From Elusimicrobia bacterium GWA2_69_24 (GTDB taxonomy: Bacteria > Elusimicrobiota > Elusimicrobia > UBA1565): a stretch of DNA of 64,000 nt. The stretch lies in assembly GCA_001799695.1 (NCBI GenBank), contig MGTY01000022.1, forward strand, positions 4,031 to 68,030. Direction: 5' to 3'. Positions within the stretch are counted from its first letter, which is position 1, and the number at the start of each line of letters is the position of its first letter. Shown here in pieces: positions 47,920 through 57,559 of the stretch. The position numbers and the translations under genes are program-made. Under the pieces are notes generated by a model. The model was not told where the DNA came from and made no database searches. It saw nothing but the letters and a program-made list of their open reading frames with translations.

Positions 47920-49183
47920 GCCGCTCGAAGCCAAGTACGGCCTGCCGCACGAGGTGGTCTTCTGCAAGAAGTGCGTGATCTCCAACCAGCGCCCGACCTC
48001 GAGCGTCGAATACGCGCACACGCGCGACTCCAAGAAGGGCACGATCTACTTCGACACCGAGGGCGTGTGCGACGCCTGCCGCTACACGGAGCTGAAACGG
48101 CACACCATCGACTGGGACGAGCGCGAGCGCGCGCTCCGCGACCTGTGTGACCGCTACCGAAGGCGCGACGGCGGCTACGACTGCATCGTGCCGGGCTCCG
48201 GGGGCAAGGACAGCTTCTACGCGGCCCACGTACTCAAGTACCGGTACGGCATGCACCCGCTCACCGTCACCTGGGCGCCGCACATCTACACCGACTGGGG
48301 CTGGAAGAACCACCAGGCGTGGATCCACGCCGGCTTCGACAACTACCTGTGCACGCCCAACGGCCAGGTGCATCGCCTGCTGACCCGGCTGGCGGTGCAG
48401 AACCTCTTCCACCCGTTCCAGGCGTTCATCATCGGGCAGAAGGCGCTGGCCCCGAAGATGGCGCGGCTGTTCGGGGTGCCGCTGGTGTTCTACGGCGAGA
48501 ACGAGGCGGAGTACGGCAATCCGATCCGGGACACGACGAGCGCCCAGCGCGACTGGGCGTACTTCACGGCGGTCGACCAGTCCGAGATCTATCTGGGCGG
48601 TACGTCGGTCGCCGAGCTGAAGGCGCGCTACGGCCTCGAGCAGAACGACCTGCAGCCGTACCTCCCCGCCGATCCGGACGAGCTGGCGAAGCTCCGGATG
48701 CAGGTGCACTACCTCGGCTACTACCTGCGGTGGCACCCGCAGAGCAACTACTACCACGCGGTCGAGCACGGCGGGTTCCAGGCGTCGCCCGAACGGACGC
48801 CGGGCACCTACAGCAAGTACAACAGCATCGACGACCGCATCGACGACTTCCACTACTGGACCACGCACGTCAAGTTCGGCATCGGCCGGGCCACCTACGA
48901 CGCCGCCCAGGAGATCCGGTCGGGCGACATCACGCGCGAGGAGGGAGTGGCCCTCGTCAAGCGGTTCGACGGCGAGTGGCCGGAGCGCTTCGCCGAGCAG
49001 ATCTTCGACTACCTGAGCATCGGCCCGAAGGTGCTGCCGGCGGCGTCGAAGGCGCTGGAGCGGCCGCGGATGACGCGCGAGGACTTCCTGGAGCTGGCCG
49101 ACGAGTTCCGCTCCCCGCACCTCTGGAAGCGGGAGGGCGGTCAGTGGATACTCCGTCACGCGGTCTGGCACGACGCCGCTTGA
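47912..49183 (+). CDS. N-acetyl sugar amidotransferase (WbuX/PseA/PtmG family, PP-loop ATPase)
   Basis: PP-loop CIVPGSGGKDS and the conserved N-terminal CKKCVISNQRP...CDAC zinc ribbon. Confidence 0.8.
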   Translation: MPEPLEAKYGLPHEVVFCKKCVISNQRPTSSVEYAHTRDSKKGTIYFDTEGVCDACRYTELKRHTIDWDERERALRDLCDRYRRRDGGYDCIVPGSGGKDSFYAAHVLKYRYGMHPLTVTWAPHIYTDWGWKNHQAWIHAGFDNYLCTPNGQVHRLLTRLAVQNLFHPFQAFIIGQKALAPKMARLFGVPLVFYGENEAEYGNPIRDTTSAQRDWAYFTAVDQSEIYLGGTSVAELKARYGLEQNDLQPYLPADPDELAKLRMQVHYLGYYLRWHPQSNYYHAVEHGGFQASPERTPGTYSKYNSIDDRIDDFHYWTTHVKFGIGRATYDAAQEIRSGDITREEGVALVKRFDGEWPERFAEQIFDYLSIGPKVLPAASKALERPRMTREDFLELADEFRSPHLWKREGGQWILRHAVWHDAA

Positions 49184-49196
49184 GGCGCGACGCGAG

Positions 49197-50180
49197 GTGA
49201 CCGTGGACAACGCCGTTCGCAGGGTTCTCGTGACCGGTGGCGCCGGGTACGTCGGCTCGGTCCTCGTGCCTCAGCTGCTGCACCGCGGCTACGCCGTGCG
49301 GGTGCTCGACAACCTCCGGTGGGAGGGGACGGCGCTCCTGGGGGTGGCCGCCGCCCCGGCCTTCGAGTTCCAGGCCGGCGACGTCCGGGACCGGGACGAC
49401 GTCGCCCGCGCGGTGCGGGACGTGGATGCGGTGGTGCACCTGGCCGCGATCGTGGGCGACCCCGCGTGCCGCCTCGAGCCGGCGCTGGCCGAGGAGATCA
49501 ACCTGACGGCCTCGCTCCGGCTGCTGGACGCGGCGCGGGCGGCGCGCGTCGGGCGCTTCGTGTTCGCGTCCACGTGCAGCAACTACGGCAGGATGGCGGA
49601 CGCGGCCGGATACTGCGACGAGACGACGCCGCTCCGGCCCGTGTCCCTGTACGCGGAGCTGAAGGTCAAGTTCGAGGAGCACCTGCTCGGCACCGCGGAC
49701 GGCCCGTGTGCCACCTCGCTCCGGTTCGCGACGGCGTACGGCCTGTCCTCCCGGATGCGGTTCGATCTCACGCTGAACGAGTTCACACGCGACGCCACGG
49801 CGGGCAAGGAGCTGATCGTGTACGGCGAGCAGTTCTGGCGCCCCTACGCCCACACCACGGATCTCGCCCGCGCCTGTCTCCACGTCCTCGAGCGGCCCGA
49901 GCGGGACGTGCACCGTCAGGCCTTCAACGTCGGCGACGACGCGGAGAACTACCAGAAGGCGATGCTGGTCCAGGAGATCACGAAGCAGATCCCCGGGCTC
50001 CGCTTCCGCTACGTCCACAAGGACGAGGATCCGCGGGACTACCGGGTCAGCTTCGAGAAGATCCGGGCGCTCGGCTTCCGTATCGCCCGGCGGATCCCCG
50101 ACGGGATCCGGGAGATCAGCGCGGCGATCCGGACCGGCCTGATCCGCGACCCCTACGACAAGAAGTACGTGAACGCCTAG
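49197..50180 (+). CDS. NAD-dependent NDP-sugar dehydratase/epimerase (LegB/PseB-like position)
   Basis: VLVTGGAGYVGS Rossmann motif and YAELKVKFE (YxxxK). Confidence 0.75.
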   Translation: MTVDNAVRRVLVTGGAGYVGSVLVPQLLHRGYAVRVLDNLRWEGTALLGVAAAPAFEFQAGDVRDRDDVARAVRDVDAVVHLAAIVGDPACRLEPALAEEINLTASLRLLDAARAARVGRFVFASTCSNYGRMADAAGYCDETTPLRPVSLYAELKVKFEEHLLGTADGPCATSLRFATAYGLSSRMRFDLTLNEFTRDATAGKELIVYGEQFWRPYAHTTDLARACLHVLERPERDVHRQAFNVGDDAENYQKAMLVQEITKQIPGLRFRYVHKDEDPRDYRVSFEKIRALGFRIARRIPDGIREISAAIRTGLIRDPYDKKYVNA

Positions 50181-50183
50181 CCC

Positions 50184-51341
50184 ATGATCCCGCTCTCGGT
50201 TCCCTCGCTGAAAGGCAACGAGCTCAAGTACGTCACCGAGTGCATCGAGACCGAGTGGGTTTCCTCGGCCGGCCCCTTCGTCACGCGCTTCGAGCGCGAC
50301 GTGGCGCGCTACCTGGAGATCCCGTCCGCGGTCGCGTGCATCAACGGCACCGCGGCGCTGCACACCGCGCTGCTGCTGACCGGCGTCGGCCCGGAGGACG
50401 AGGTGGTGGTGCCGACGCTGACGTTCATCGCCCCGGTGAACGCGGTCCGGTACGTCGGCGCGCATCCCGTCTTCATGGACTGCGACGACTGGCTGAACCT
50501 GGACGCGGAGAAGCTCGCCGAGTTCCTCGCGCGGGAGTGCGAGCCCGGCGACCGGGGGCTGGTCAATCGCGCGTCCGGGCGCCGCGTCGCGGCCGTGCTC
50601 GTCGTCCACGTGTTCGGGCATCCGGCCCGGCTCGCGCCGCTCCTCGGCCTGGCGCGACAGTTCCGGCTGCCGCTGATCGAGGACGCCACGGAGGCGCTCG
50701 GCTCGACCTACGAGGGCTGGGACGGCGCCCGGCGCTACGCGGGCACGCTCGGCGACGTCGGGTGTCTGTCCTTCAACGGCAACAAGCTCGTCACCACGGG
50801 GGGCGGCGGGATGCTCCTGACCCGCGACGCCGCGGTGGCGGAGCGGGCCAGGTACTTGACGACGCAAGCCAAGGACGACGGCGAGCGCTTCGTCCACCAC
50901 GAAGTCGGCTACAACTATCGGCTCACCAACGTGCAGGCGGCGATCGGGTGCGCGCAGCTCGAGCGGGTCGAGGAGTTCATCCGGATCAAGCGCGAGAACT
51001 TCGCCGCCTACCGCCGGTGCCTCGCCGACGTCCCCGGGCTCCGGCTGATCGAGGAGCCCCCGGGGACCCGCTCGAACTACTGGCACTACACGCTGGTCGT
51101 CGACGAGGACCGCTACGGCCAGAGCGCCGACACCCTCCGCCGGCGACTCGCCGAGCGCGCGATCGAGACGCGGCCGATCTGGGAGCTGAACCACCGGCAG
51201 CGGCCGTACCGGGACTGCCACGCGTACCGGATCGAGAAGGCGGTGCGCTACCACGCGCGGAGCGTGAACCTGCCGTGCAGCGTGGGCCTGGACCCGGAGC
51301 TGGTTCCCGAGGTCGCCCGGGTGATCAGGGAACGGGCGTGA
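50184..51341 (+). CDS. DegT/DnrJ/EryC1/StrS-family PLP-dependent sugar aminotransferase (LegC/PseC-like)
   Basis: GTAALHTAL, the conserved CLSFNGNKLVTTGGGG lysine region, and YNYRLTNVQAAIG. Confidence 0.85.
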   Translation: MIPLSVPSLKGNELKYVTECIETEWVSSAGPFVTRFERDVARYLEIPSAVACINGTAALHTALLLTGVGPEDEVVVPTLTFIAPVNAVRYVGAHPVFMDCDDWLNLDAEKLAEFLARECEPGDRGLVNRASGRRVAAVLVVHVFGHPARLAPLLGLARQFRLPLIEDATEALGSTYEGWDGARRYAGTLGDVGCLSFNGNKLVTTGGGGMLLTRDAAVAERARYLTTQAKDDGERFVHHEVGYNYRLTNVQAAIGCAQLERVEEFIRIKRENFAAYRRCLADVPGLRLIEEPPGTRSNYWHYTLVVDEDRYGQSADTLRRRLAERAIETRPIWELNHRQRPYRDCHAYRIEKAVRYHARSVNLPCSVGLDPELVPEVARVIRERA

Positions 51342-51976
51342 CGAAGACGCTGATCGTGGTCGGGGGCGGCGGACATGCCAAGGTGCTGATCGACGCGATC
51401 CGGTCGGGCGCCGAGTACGACCTCGTCGGCATCGTGGACGCGCGCCTGCCCGTGGGCCACCGGGTGCTCGACGTTCCCGTCATCGGGAGCGACGACCTCC
51501 TGCTGCGCGGGGAGCCTCCCCGCAGCGTCCTGGCGCTCGGGGTCGGCTCGATCAGGGGCGGGGACCGGCGCAAGCGGCTGCATGATCGGTTCCGGGAGCT
51601 GGCCTACGAGTTCCCGGTCATCCGCCACGCGCGGGCGACGGTCGGTCCCGGCGTGCGGCTGGGCGACGGCACCCAGGTCATGGCGGGCGCCGTCGTCCAG
51701 CCCGACACGTCCCTCGGCCCGAACTGCATCGTCAACACCGCCGCCGTCATCGAGCACGACTGCACGATCGCCGGCCACTGCCAGGCGGCGCCGGGTGCGG
51801 TGCTGGGCGGCGGCGTCGTCGTCGGCGAGTGCAGCTTCATCGGTCTGGGCGCCCGCGTCCTGCCCGGGATCAGGATCGGCTGTCACGTGACGGTGGGCGC
51901 CGGGGCGGTGGTCGTGCACGACGTGGAGGACGGCGCCACGGTCGTCGGGGTGCCGGCGCGGCGGATCGCGGGCTGA
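51338..51976 (+). CDS. hexapeptide-repeat N-acetyltransferase (PglD/NeuD/LegH-like)
   Basis: GTGA overlap. N-terminal LIVVGGGGHAKV, then a left-handed beta-helix with hexapeptide repeats. Confidence 0.75.
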   Translation: MTKTLIVVGGGGHAKVLIDAIRSGAEYDLVGIVDARLPVGHRVLDVPVIGSDDLLLRGEPPRSVLALGVGSIRGGDRRKRLHDRFRELAYEFPVIRHARATVGPGVRLGDGTQVMAGAVVQPDTSLGPNCIVNTAAVIEHDCTIAGHCQAAPGAVLGGGVVVGECSFIGLGARVLPGIRIGCHVTVGAGAVVVHDVEDGATVVGVPARRIAG

Positions 51977-51981
51977 GCACC

Positions 51982-53151
51982 GTGCGGACCATCTGCGTCG
52001 TCACGGGGACCCGGGCCGAGTACGGCATCCTCTACTGGCTCCTGCGGGAGATCGCGGACGATCCCGCGCTTCGCCTCCAGGTCGTCGCCACCGGGATGCA
52101 CCTGTCGCCGGAGTTCGGCCTCACCTACCGTCTGATCGAGGAGGACGGCTTCGGGCTTGCGGCCAAGGTGGAGATGCTGACCTCGAGCGACACACCGGTC
52201 GGCATCGCTAAGTCGATCGGGCTCGGCACGATCGGCTTCGCGGACACGCTCGATCGGCTGCGGCCGGACATCCTGGTCGTGCTCGGCGACCGGTTCGAGA
52301 TCCTCGCGGCGGTCACGGCGGCGGCGGTCGCGCGCGTGTGCATCGCCCATCTCCACGGCGGGGAGTCGTCGGAAGGCGTGGTGGACGAGGCGTTCCGCCA
52401 CGCGATCACCAAGATGTCGCACCTGCACTTCACCGCGGCGGAGGCGTACCGGCAGCGGGTGATCCAGATGGGGGAGGCGCCGGAGCGCGTCTTCAACGTC
52501 GGCGCGCCCGGGCTGGACAACCTCCGCCGGCTCCGGCTGCTCGAGCGCGGGGAGCTGGCGGACACCCTCGGGCTCGCGCCCGGCCGCCGGTTCCTGCTTG
52601 TCACCTATCACCCGGTCACGCTCGAGAACGACACGGCGGGCGACCAGGTGGTGAAGCTCCTGAAGGCACTGGATGCCTTCCCCGACCACGGTATCGTCTT
52701 CACCAAGTCGAACGCGGATGCCGGGGGACGGGTCATCGTGCGCCTGCTCGATGCCTACGTGGAGCGGAACCCGGGTCGCGCGGTGGCGCACACCTCGCTG
52801 GGGCAGCAGCGGTACCTGAGCGCGCTCAAGCACGCCGACGCCGTCGTCGGCAACTCGTCGAGCGGCCTGATCGAGGCGCCGTCGCTCCACACGCCGACCG
52901 TCGACGTCGGCGACCGGCAGCGCGGCCGCCTGGTCGCGGGCTCGGTCGTCCGGTGCGGCAACGAGGTCGAGGAGATCCGCGCGGCCATCGAGCGCGCGCT
53001 GAGCCCGGCGTTCCGGGCGGCGCTGCCCGGCGTCCGGAACCCGTACGGCGAGCCCGGCGCGTCCGGCCGGATCAAGGAGGTGCTGAAATCCGTCGCCCTG
53101 GACGCGCGTATGCTCAAGAAGCGCTTCCACGTGGCCGGAGCGCCGCGGTGA
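51982..53151 (+). CDS. UDP/GDP-N-acetylhexosamine 2-epimerase (hydrolysing), NeuC/LegG-like
   Basis: ICVVTGTRAEYGILYWLL and HLHGGE motifs. GTG start. Confidence 0.8.
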   Translation: MRTICVVTGTRAEYGILYWLLREIADDPALRLQVVATGMHLSPEFGLTYRLIEEDGFGLAAKVEMLTSSDTPVGIAKSIGLGTIGFADTLDRLRPDILVVLGDRFEILAAVTAAAVARVCIAHLHGGESSEGVVDEAFRHAITKMSHLHFTAAEAYRQRVIQMGEAPERVFNVGAPGLDNLRRLRLLERGELADTLGLAPGRRFLLVTYHPVTLENDTAGDQVVKLLKALDAFPDHGIVFTKSNADAGGRVIVRLLDAYVERNPGRAVAHTSLGQQRYLSALKHADAVVGNSSSGLIEAPSLHTPTVDVGDRQRGRLVAGSVVRCGNEVEEIRAAIERALSPAFRAALPGVRNPYGEPGASGRIKEVLKSVALDARMLKKRFHVAGAPR

Positions 53152-54176
53152 GCGCCGGCGCGCGCCACACGTACGTCATCGCCGAGGCCGGCGTGAACCA
53201 CAACGGCCGCCTGGCGACCGCGACCCGGCTGATCGACGTCGCGGTCGAGGCCGGCGCCGACGCCGTGAAGTTCCAGACGTTCAGGACCGAGAGCCTGGTC
53301 ACGAGCGAGGCCGAGACGCCGGAGTACCAGAAGAACGTGCCGGGCGGGGGCGAGCACCAGTGGAAGGTCCTGAAACAGCTCGAGCTGTCCTTCGAGGACT
53401 TCGCCCGCCTGCGGACCCACTGCGACACGCGCGGCATCGAGTTCCTGTCCACCCCCTTCGACCCCGAGAGCGCGCGGTTCCTCGTCGAGGAGCTGGGCGT
53501 CAGGCGGGTGAAGATCCCGTCGGGTGAGGTCGCGAACCTGCCCTTCCTCAGAGACCTGGCGGCGTTCGGACGCCCGCTGATCCTCTCGACGGGGATGAGC
53601 GACCTCGCGGAGGTGGAGCAGGCCGTCGGCGCCATCCGGGGCGCGGCCGCCACGGTCCCGCTGACGCTGCTCCACTGCACGACGAACTACCCGTGCCCGT
53701 TCGAGGACGTCAATCTGAGGGCGATGGTCACGCTGAGGGAGCGCTTCGGGCTCCCGGTGGGCTACTCCGACCACACGATGGGTATCGAGGTCGCCGTGGC
53801 GGCGACGGCGCTGGGCGCCGAGGTCATCGAGAAGCACTTCACGCTGGACCGGACGCTGCCAGGGCCCGATCACCGGTGCTCCCTCGAGCCCGACGAGCTG
53901 GCGCAGATGGTGCGCTCGATCCGGAACATCGAGCGGGCGCTCGGGGACGGCGAGAAGCGGCCGACGCCCGCCGAGCTGCAGATCAGGCAGCAGGTCCGGC
54001 GGAGCCTCGTGCTGACGCGGGCGCTGGTCGCCGGCGCCCGCCTGGCGGCGACCGACGTGATGGCCAAGCGGCCGGCGGGCGGGATCGAGCCCGGCGCCGT
54101 CGATCGCGTGCTGGGCCGGCGGCTCCGCGTCGGCAAGGCCGCGGACGAGATCCTGCGATGGGACGATCTTGATTGA
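53148..54176 (+). CDS. nonulosonic acid synthase (NeuB/LegI/PseI family) with C-terminal SAF domain
   Basis: GTGA overlap. YVIAEAGVNHNG, FDPESARFL, and a C-terminal SAF (antifreeze-like) domain. Confidence 0.85.
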   Translation: MSAGARHTYVIAEAGVNHNGRLATATRLIDVAVEAGADAVKFQTFRTESLVTSEAETPEYQKNVPGGGEHQWKVLKQLELSFEDFARLRTHCDTRGIEFLSTPFDPESARFLVEELGVRRVKIPSGEVANLPFLRDLAAFGRPLILSTGMSDLAEVEQAVGAIRGAAATVPLTLLHCTTNYPCPFEDVNLRAMVTLRERFGLPVGYSDHTMGIEVAVAATALGAEVIEKHFTLDRTLPGPDHRCSLEPDELAQMVRSIRNIERALGDGEKRPTPAELQIRQQVRRSLVLTRALVAGARLAATDVMAKRPAGGIEPGAVDRVLGRRLRVGKAADEILRWDDLD

Positions 54177-54227
54177 CCGGTGGCCGGTCGAGGCGCCGAT
54201 CACGCCGCGGCCTGTCGGAGCACGCCG

Positions 54228-55304
54228 ATGATGCCGAGCGAGGTCGCCAAGCTGCTCGTCCAGGAGCATCTCCCGGTGCGGGAGGCGCTGAAGCAGATGG
54301 ATCTGGCCGGCGCCAAGATCCTCTTCGTCGTGGACGAGCGCCAGCGGCTGCGCGGGGCGCTCACGGACGGCGACATCCGGCGGTGGATCCTCGGCGAGGG
54401 CTCGCTGCACGAGCCCGTGGACCGGGTGTGCAACCGGCAGCCGAAGGCGGTGCGAAAGGGCACCGACTCGGCCGCGATCCGGGAGCTCATGCTGCACCAG
54501 AAGATCGAGGCGGTGCCGGTCCTCGACCAGGACGACGCCGTGCTGGACGTGCTGCTGTGGACGGACGTCTTCTCCGGCGAGTCCGCGCCGGCGCAGCCCG
54601 GCCTGGGCCTGCCGGTCGTGGTCATGGCCGGCGGGCGGGGCACGCGGCTCGAGCCCTTCACCAAGATCCTGCCGAAGCCGCTCATCCCGGTCGGCGACAA
54701 GCCGATCATCGAGCTGATCATGGACCGCTTCGCCGAGCACGGGTGCCGCGAGTTCTACCTGACGCTGAACTACAAGGGCAAGATGATCCAGTCCTACTTC
54801 GATCACGCCGATTGCCCGCACAGCGTGAAGTTCGTCTGGGAGGACGAGTTCCTCGGCACCGCCGGCAGCCTGCGGCTCACGGCGCCGCTGATCGAGGCGC
54901 CCCACCTGTTCGTGTCGAACTGCGACATCCTGATCCTGGCCGACTACGCCGACATCTACAGCTTCCACCTCCAGCGGGGCAACGACGTCACCGTGGTTGG
55001 CTCGATGCAGCACGTCTCGGTGCCCTTTGGCGTGCTGCAGGTGAAGAACGGGGGGTATCTCGACGCCATCGTGGAGAAGCCGGAGTTCGACTTCCTCGCC
55101 AACACCGGGATGTACCTGCTCCGGGCCGGCGTGATCGACCTGATCCCGCCCGACACGAAGACGGATTTCCCCGAGCTGCTGGCGCGCGTCAAGGCGACCG
55201 GCGGCAAGGTCGGCGTGTACCCGGTCAGCGCGCAGTCCTGGACCGACATCGGCCAGTGGCAGGAGTACCGGACCGCGCTCAAGAAGCTGGAGCAGCAGAG
55301 CTGA
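54228..55304 (+). CDS. CBS-pair + nucleotidyltransferase (PtmE-like hexosamine-1-P guanylyl/nucleotidyltransferase)
   Basis: The N-terminal roughly 120 aa carry two CBS motifs. The NTP_transferase P-loop is VVMAGGRGTRLEP. Confidence 0.75.
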   Translation: MMPSEVAKLLVQEHLPVREALKQMDLAGAKILFVVDERQRLRGALTDGDIRRWILGEGSLHEPVDRVCNRQPKAVRKGTDSAAIRELMLHQKIEAVPVLDQDDAVLDVLLWTDVFSGESAPAQPGLGLPVVVMAGGRGTRLEPFTKILPKPLIPVGDKPIIELIMDRFAEHGCREFYLTLNYKGKMIQSYFDHADCPHSVKFVWEDEFLGTAGSLRLTAPLIEAPHLFVSNCDILILADYADIYSFHLQRGNDVTVVGSMQHVSVPFGVLQVKNGGYLDAIVEKPEFDFLANTGMYLLRAGVIDLIPPDTKTDFPELLARVKATGGKVGVYPVSAQSWTDIGQWQEYRTALKKLEQQS

Positions 55305-55315
55305 GCGTGTCGAGC

Positions 55316-56722
55316 ATGTCTGACATCGAGCGACTCGTAAGGGCGTTCCTCGCCTTCGAGACGCGATACGACGTGTTCTCGCTGCAGGTCCGCGGGCATT
55401 GTTTCTGGGACTACATCCGCTACGCGGTGTTCTACGAGTGCGTGTACTCGACGCACAACTACCGCGATCCTCGGATGCTCAGACCTCAGCACTATGTCAG
55501 GGAGACATGGCCACTGGCCCGATCATTCATCGGCGAGCTGCTCACCCCGGCGCGTCCGTACGACATCCTCGTCGTCAACTACGACCGGACGGTTCTGATT
55601 GATGGCAAGCACCGCAACGCCCACATGTACCCGTTCATCTACGAGCTCGCGGAAGCGTACTCAATCCTCCTGGTTGATGCGTCGCTGCTCCGGCAGATCG
55701 ATGACGGGGCGTACCCGTGCCGGATCCTCCGGTTCCGGCCGTTCCACCTCCTGGATCGCCTCAAGGCGATGCGAGTGCGCTGGGATGGGCGTGAGCGCGC
55801 CCTCATGGCGTCGCTCGCCGCGACGATCCGGCAGGAACTCGGGGTAGCCGTGGACGTACACGGCTTGGCCAGGAGCGTGTTCGCGCTGCAGCTCGAGAAG
55901 TACCGGCGATACCTGCGTTTATTCAGGAAATATAGGCCCCGGATGCTCGTCTACACCGACTCGGGGGACATGAAGGGTGCGATTGCCGCTGCCCGAGAGA
56001 TGGGAATCCGGACGGTGGATCTGCAGCACTCGCTGGTTTCGTTCCTGAACATTCTCTACAACTATCCCGACGATCCCAAGGCGCATGCGGTCTCGCTGAG
56101 ATCGGATTATATTTTTTCGTACGGCGACTATTGGACGCCCGAATACCGGTTACCGGCAAAGGTTGTGCCGGTTGGCTACCCGTACCTTGAAGCGCGACTT
56201 GCGACCACGCCTCGGTCCGAATGTGATCGCGGACGGAATATCATCGTCATCGGGATGTTGTTCGAGAAGGACATCCTCGTCCAAATCGCGATTGAGTTGG
56301 CGCGCTTGCTCCCGAACTACCGAATCTTCTACAAGTTACGTATCGAGGACTATCCGGACTGGCGGAGTCGATACCCGAGAGAGTTGCAGACGGCGTCGAA
56401 CATCACGGTCATCGACAGTAATGCGGTCTCGCTGTTCGAGTACTTCTCGATGTGCGCCTACCAGATCGGCACGAACTCAGGAGGGCTCTTCGAGGGATTG
56501 GCCTTCGATCTCACCACGTTCGTCGTCGAGGCGGGATGGTATGCGGAGATGAACGGACTGATAGAGGGTGACCATGCGTTCTTGGTGTCAACGGCTGCGG
56601 AGATCGCTGAGAAGATTCGCGCCAACACCCGACCGCTTCGTACCTTGAGCCCGGACAAACTGTTCAAGAGCGACAGCTTGAGGAACATGCGCCGGGCTGT
56701 CGACACCGTGGCATCGCTGTAG
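55316..56722 (+). CDS. hypothetical protein, candidate nonulosonic-acid or capsule glycosyltransferase
   Basis: 468 aa with no recognised motif. Lower GC. Sits between the PtmE-like gene and two methyltransferases. Confidence 0.45.
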   Translation: MSDIERLVRAFLAFETRYDVFSLQVRGHCFWDYIRYAVFYECVYSTHNYRDPRMLRPQHYVRETWPLARSFIGELLTPARPYDILVVNYDRTVLIDGKHRNAHMYPFIYELAEAYSILLVDASLLRQIDDGAYPCRILRFRPFHLLDRLKAMRVRWDGRERALMASLAATIRQELGVAVDVHGLARSVFALQLEKYRRYLRLFRKYRPRMLVYTDSGDMKGAIAAAREMGIRTVDLQHSLVSFLNILYNYPDDPKAHAVSLRSDYIFSYGDYWTPEYRLPAKVVPVGYPYLEARLATTPRSECDRGRNIIVIGMLFEKDILVQIAIELARLLPNYRIFYKLRIEDYPDWRSRYPRELQTASNITVIDSNAVSLFEYFSMCAYQIGTNSGGLFEGLAFDLTTFVVEAGWYAEMNGLIEGDHAFLVSTAAEIAEKIRANTRPLRTLSPDKLFKSDSLRNMRRAVDTVASL

Positions 56723-56731
56723 GAGTCAGCG

Positions 56732-57541
56732 ATGATCGAGCGGATCCACAGCAAGATCTCACGTGAGATTCGCAAGCGATATCGGCGGGGTGTCCCTCTT
56801 CAGGACGAGACGACGTTCCGCGAACGCGGCACGAACTGGTACGAGCCGAATCTCGCAGGCCCCGCAACATTCGCTGAGAGGTGTTCATCGGCGGAGACGG
56901 TCTCGGGCGTGATGGGAATCCTGAAGATGCTCACAGCTGACAAGTTCATAGACTTCACGCTTGAGTATTACCAGGCCGGACTGGATCGTTTTCGGGCGCG
57001 CTGGAAGTACGCCGACATCCTGACAGTGCTGCTCGCGATCTGCCAGTCGATCAAGGTCGAATCCTACCTGGAAATCGGTGTGCGTCGAGGTCGGAGCATG
57101 GCTGTAGTGGCAGCGACGCACCCCCGGGCCGAGCTCGTGGGTTTCGATGCCTGGATTGCCGACTACGTCGGAATTGAAAATCCGGGGCCCGAGTTCGTTC
57201 AAGAAGAGCTCAAGAAGGTCGGCTACGCGGGGACCGTGGAGCTCATCAGCGGGGACTCCCGCCGGACAGTGCCACAGTATTTTCGACGACACCCGAATGC
57301 CTTCTTCGATCTCATTACTGTCGATGGAGATCACTCGGCCGGCGGTGCGCGCATCGATGTTCTCAACGTGATCCCCCGATTGAAGGTCGGCGGTTTCCTG
57401 GTTTTCGACGACATCCGTAATCCGTATCACCCGCGCTTGCGCAAGGTCTGGGAACGGTATCTGCAGAGGAGCAGACGGTTCATGACTGCAACGTTCGAAG
57501 AGCTGGGCTACGGCGTCGGCTTCGCAATCAAGCGATACTAG
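56732..57541 (+). CDS. class I SAM-dependent methyltransferase (Methyltransf_24/TylF-CmcI-like)
   Basis: LEIGVRRGRS, DLITVDGDHS, GGFLVFDDI. Similar to the C-terminal domain of 42921..43907. Confidence 0.7.
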   Translation: MIERIHSKISREIRKRYRRGVPLQDETTFRERGTNWYEPNLAGPATFAERCSSAETVSGVMGILKMLTADKFIDFTLEYYQAGLDRFRARWKYADILTVLLAICQSIKVESYLEIGVRRGRSMAVVAATHPRAELVGFDAWIADYVGIENPGPEFVQEELKKVGYAGTVELISGDSRRTVPQYFRRHPNAFFDLITVDGDHSAGGARIDVLNVIPRLKVGGFLVFDDIRNPYHPRLRKVWERYLQRSRRFMTATFEELGYGVGFAIKRY

Positions 57542-57559
57542 CGGACGATAGCGGTCGCT

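Noticed and set aside
48957-51254. 765-aa minus-strand ORF, and the 885-aa plus-strand ORF 49319..51976
   Set aside because: Both are arginine-rich alternative-frame reads across the dehydratase, aminotransferase and acetyltransferase genes, whose own frames have canonical motifs.
52755-55013. 752-aa minus-strand ORF
   Set aside because: Antisense to the NeuC-like, NeuB-like and PtmE-like genes, and low-complexity. Spurious.
54173-55315. Upstream part of the 849-aa ORF 54173..56722
   Set aside because: This frame overlaps the CBS-NTP-transferase gene, which has clear motifs. Only the portion from ATG 55316 is retained as a separate hypothetical protein.
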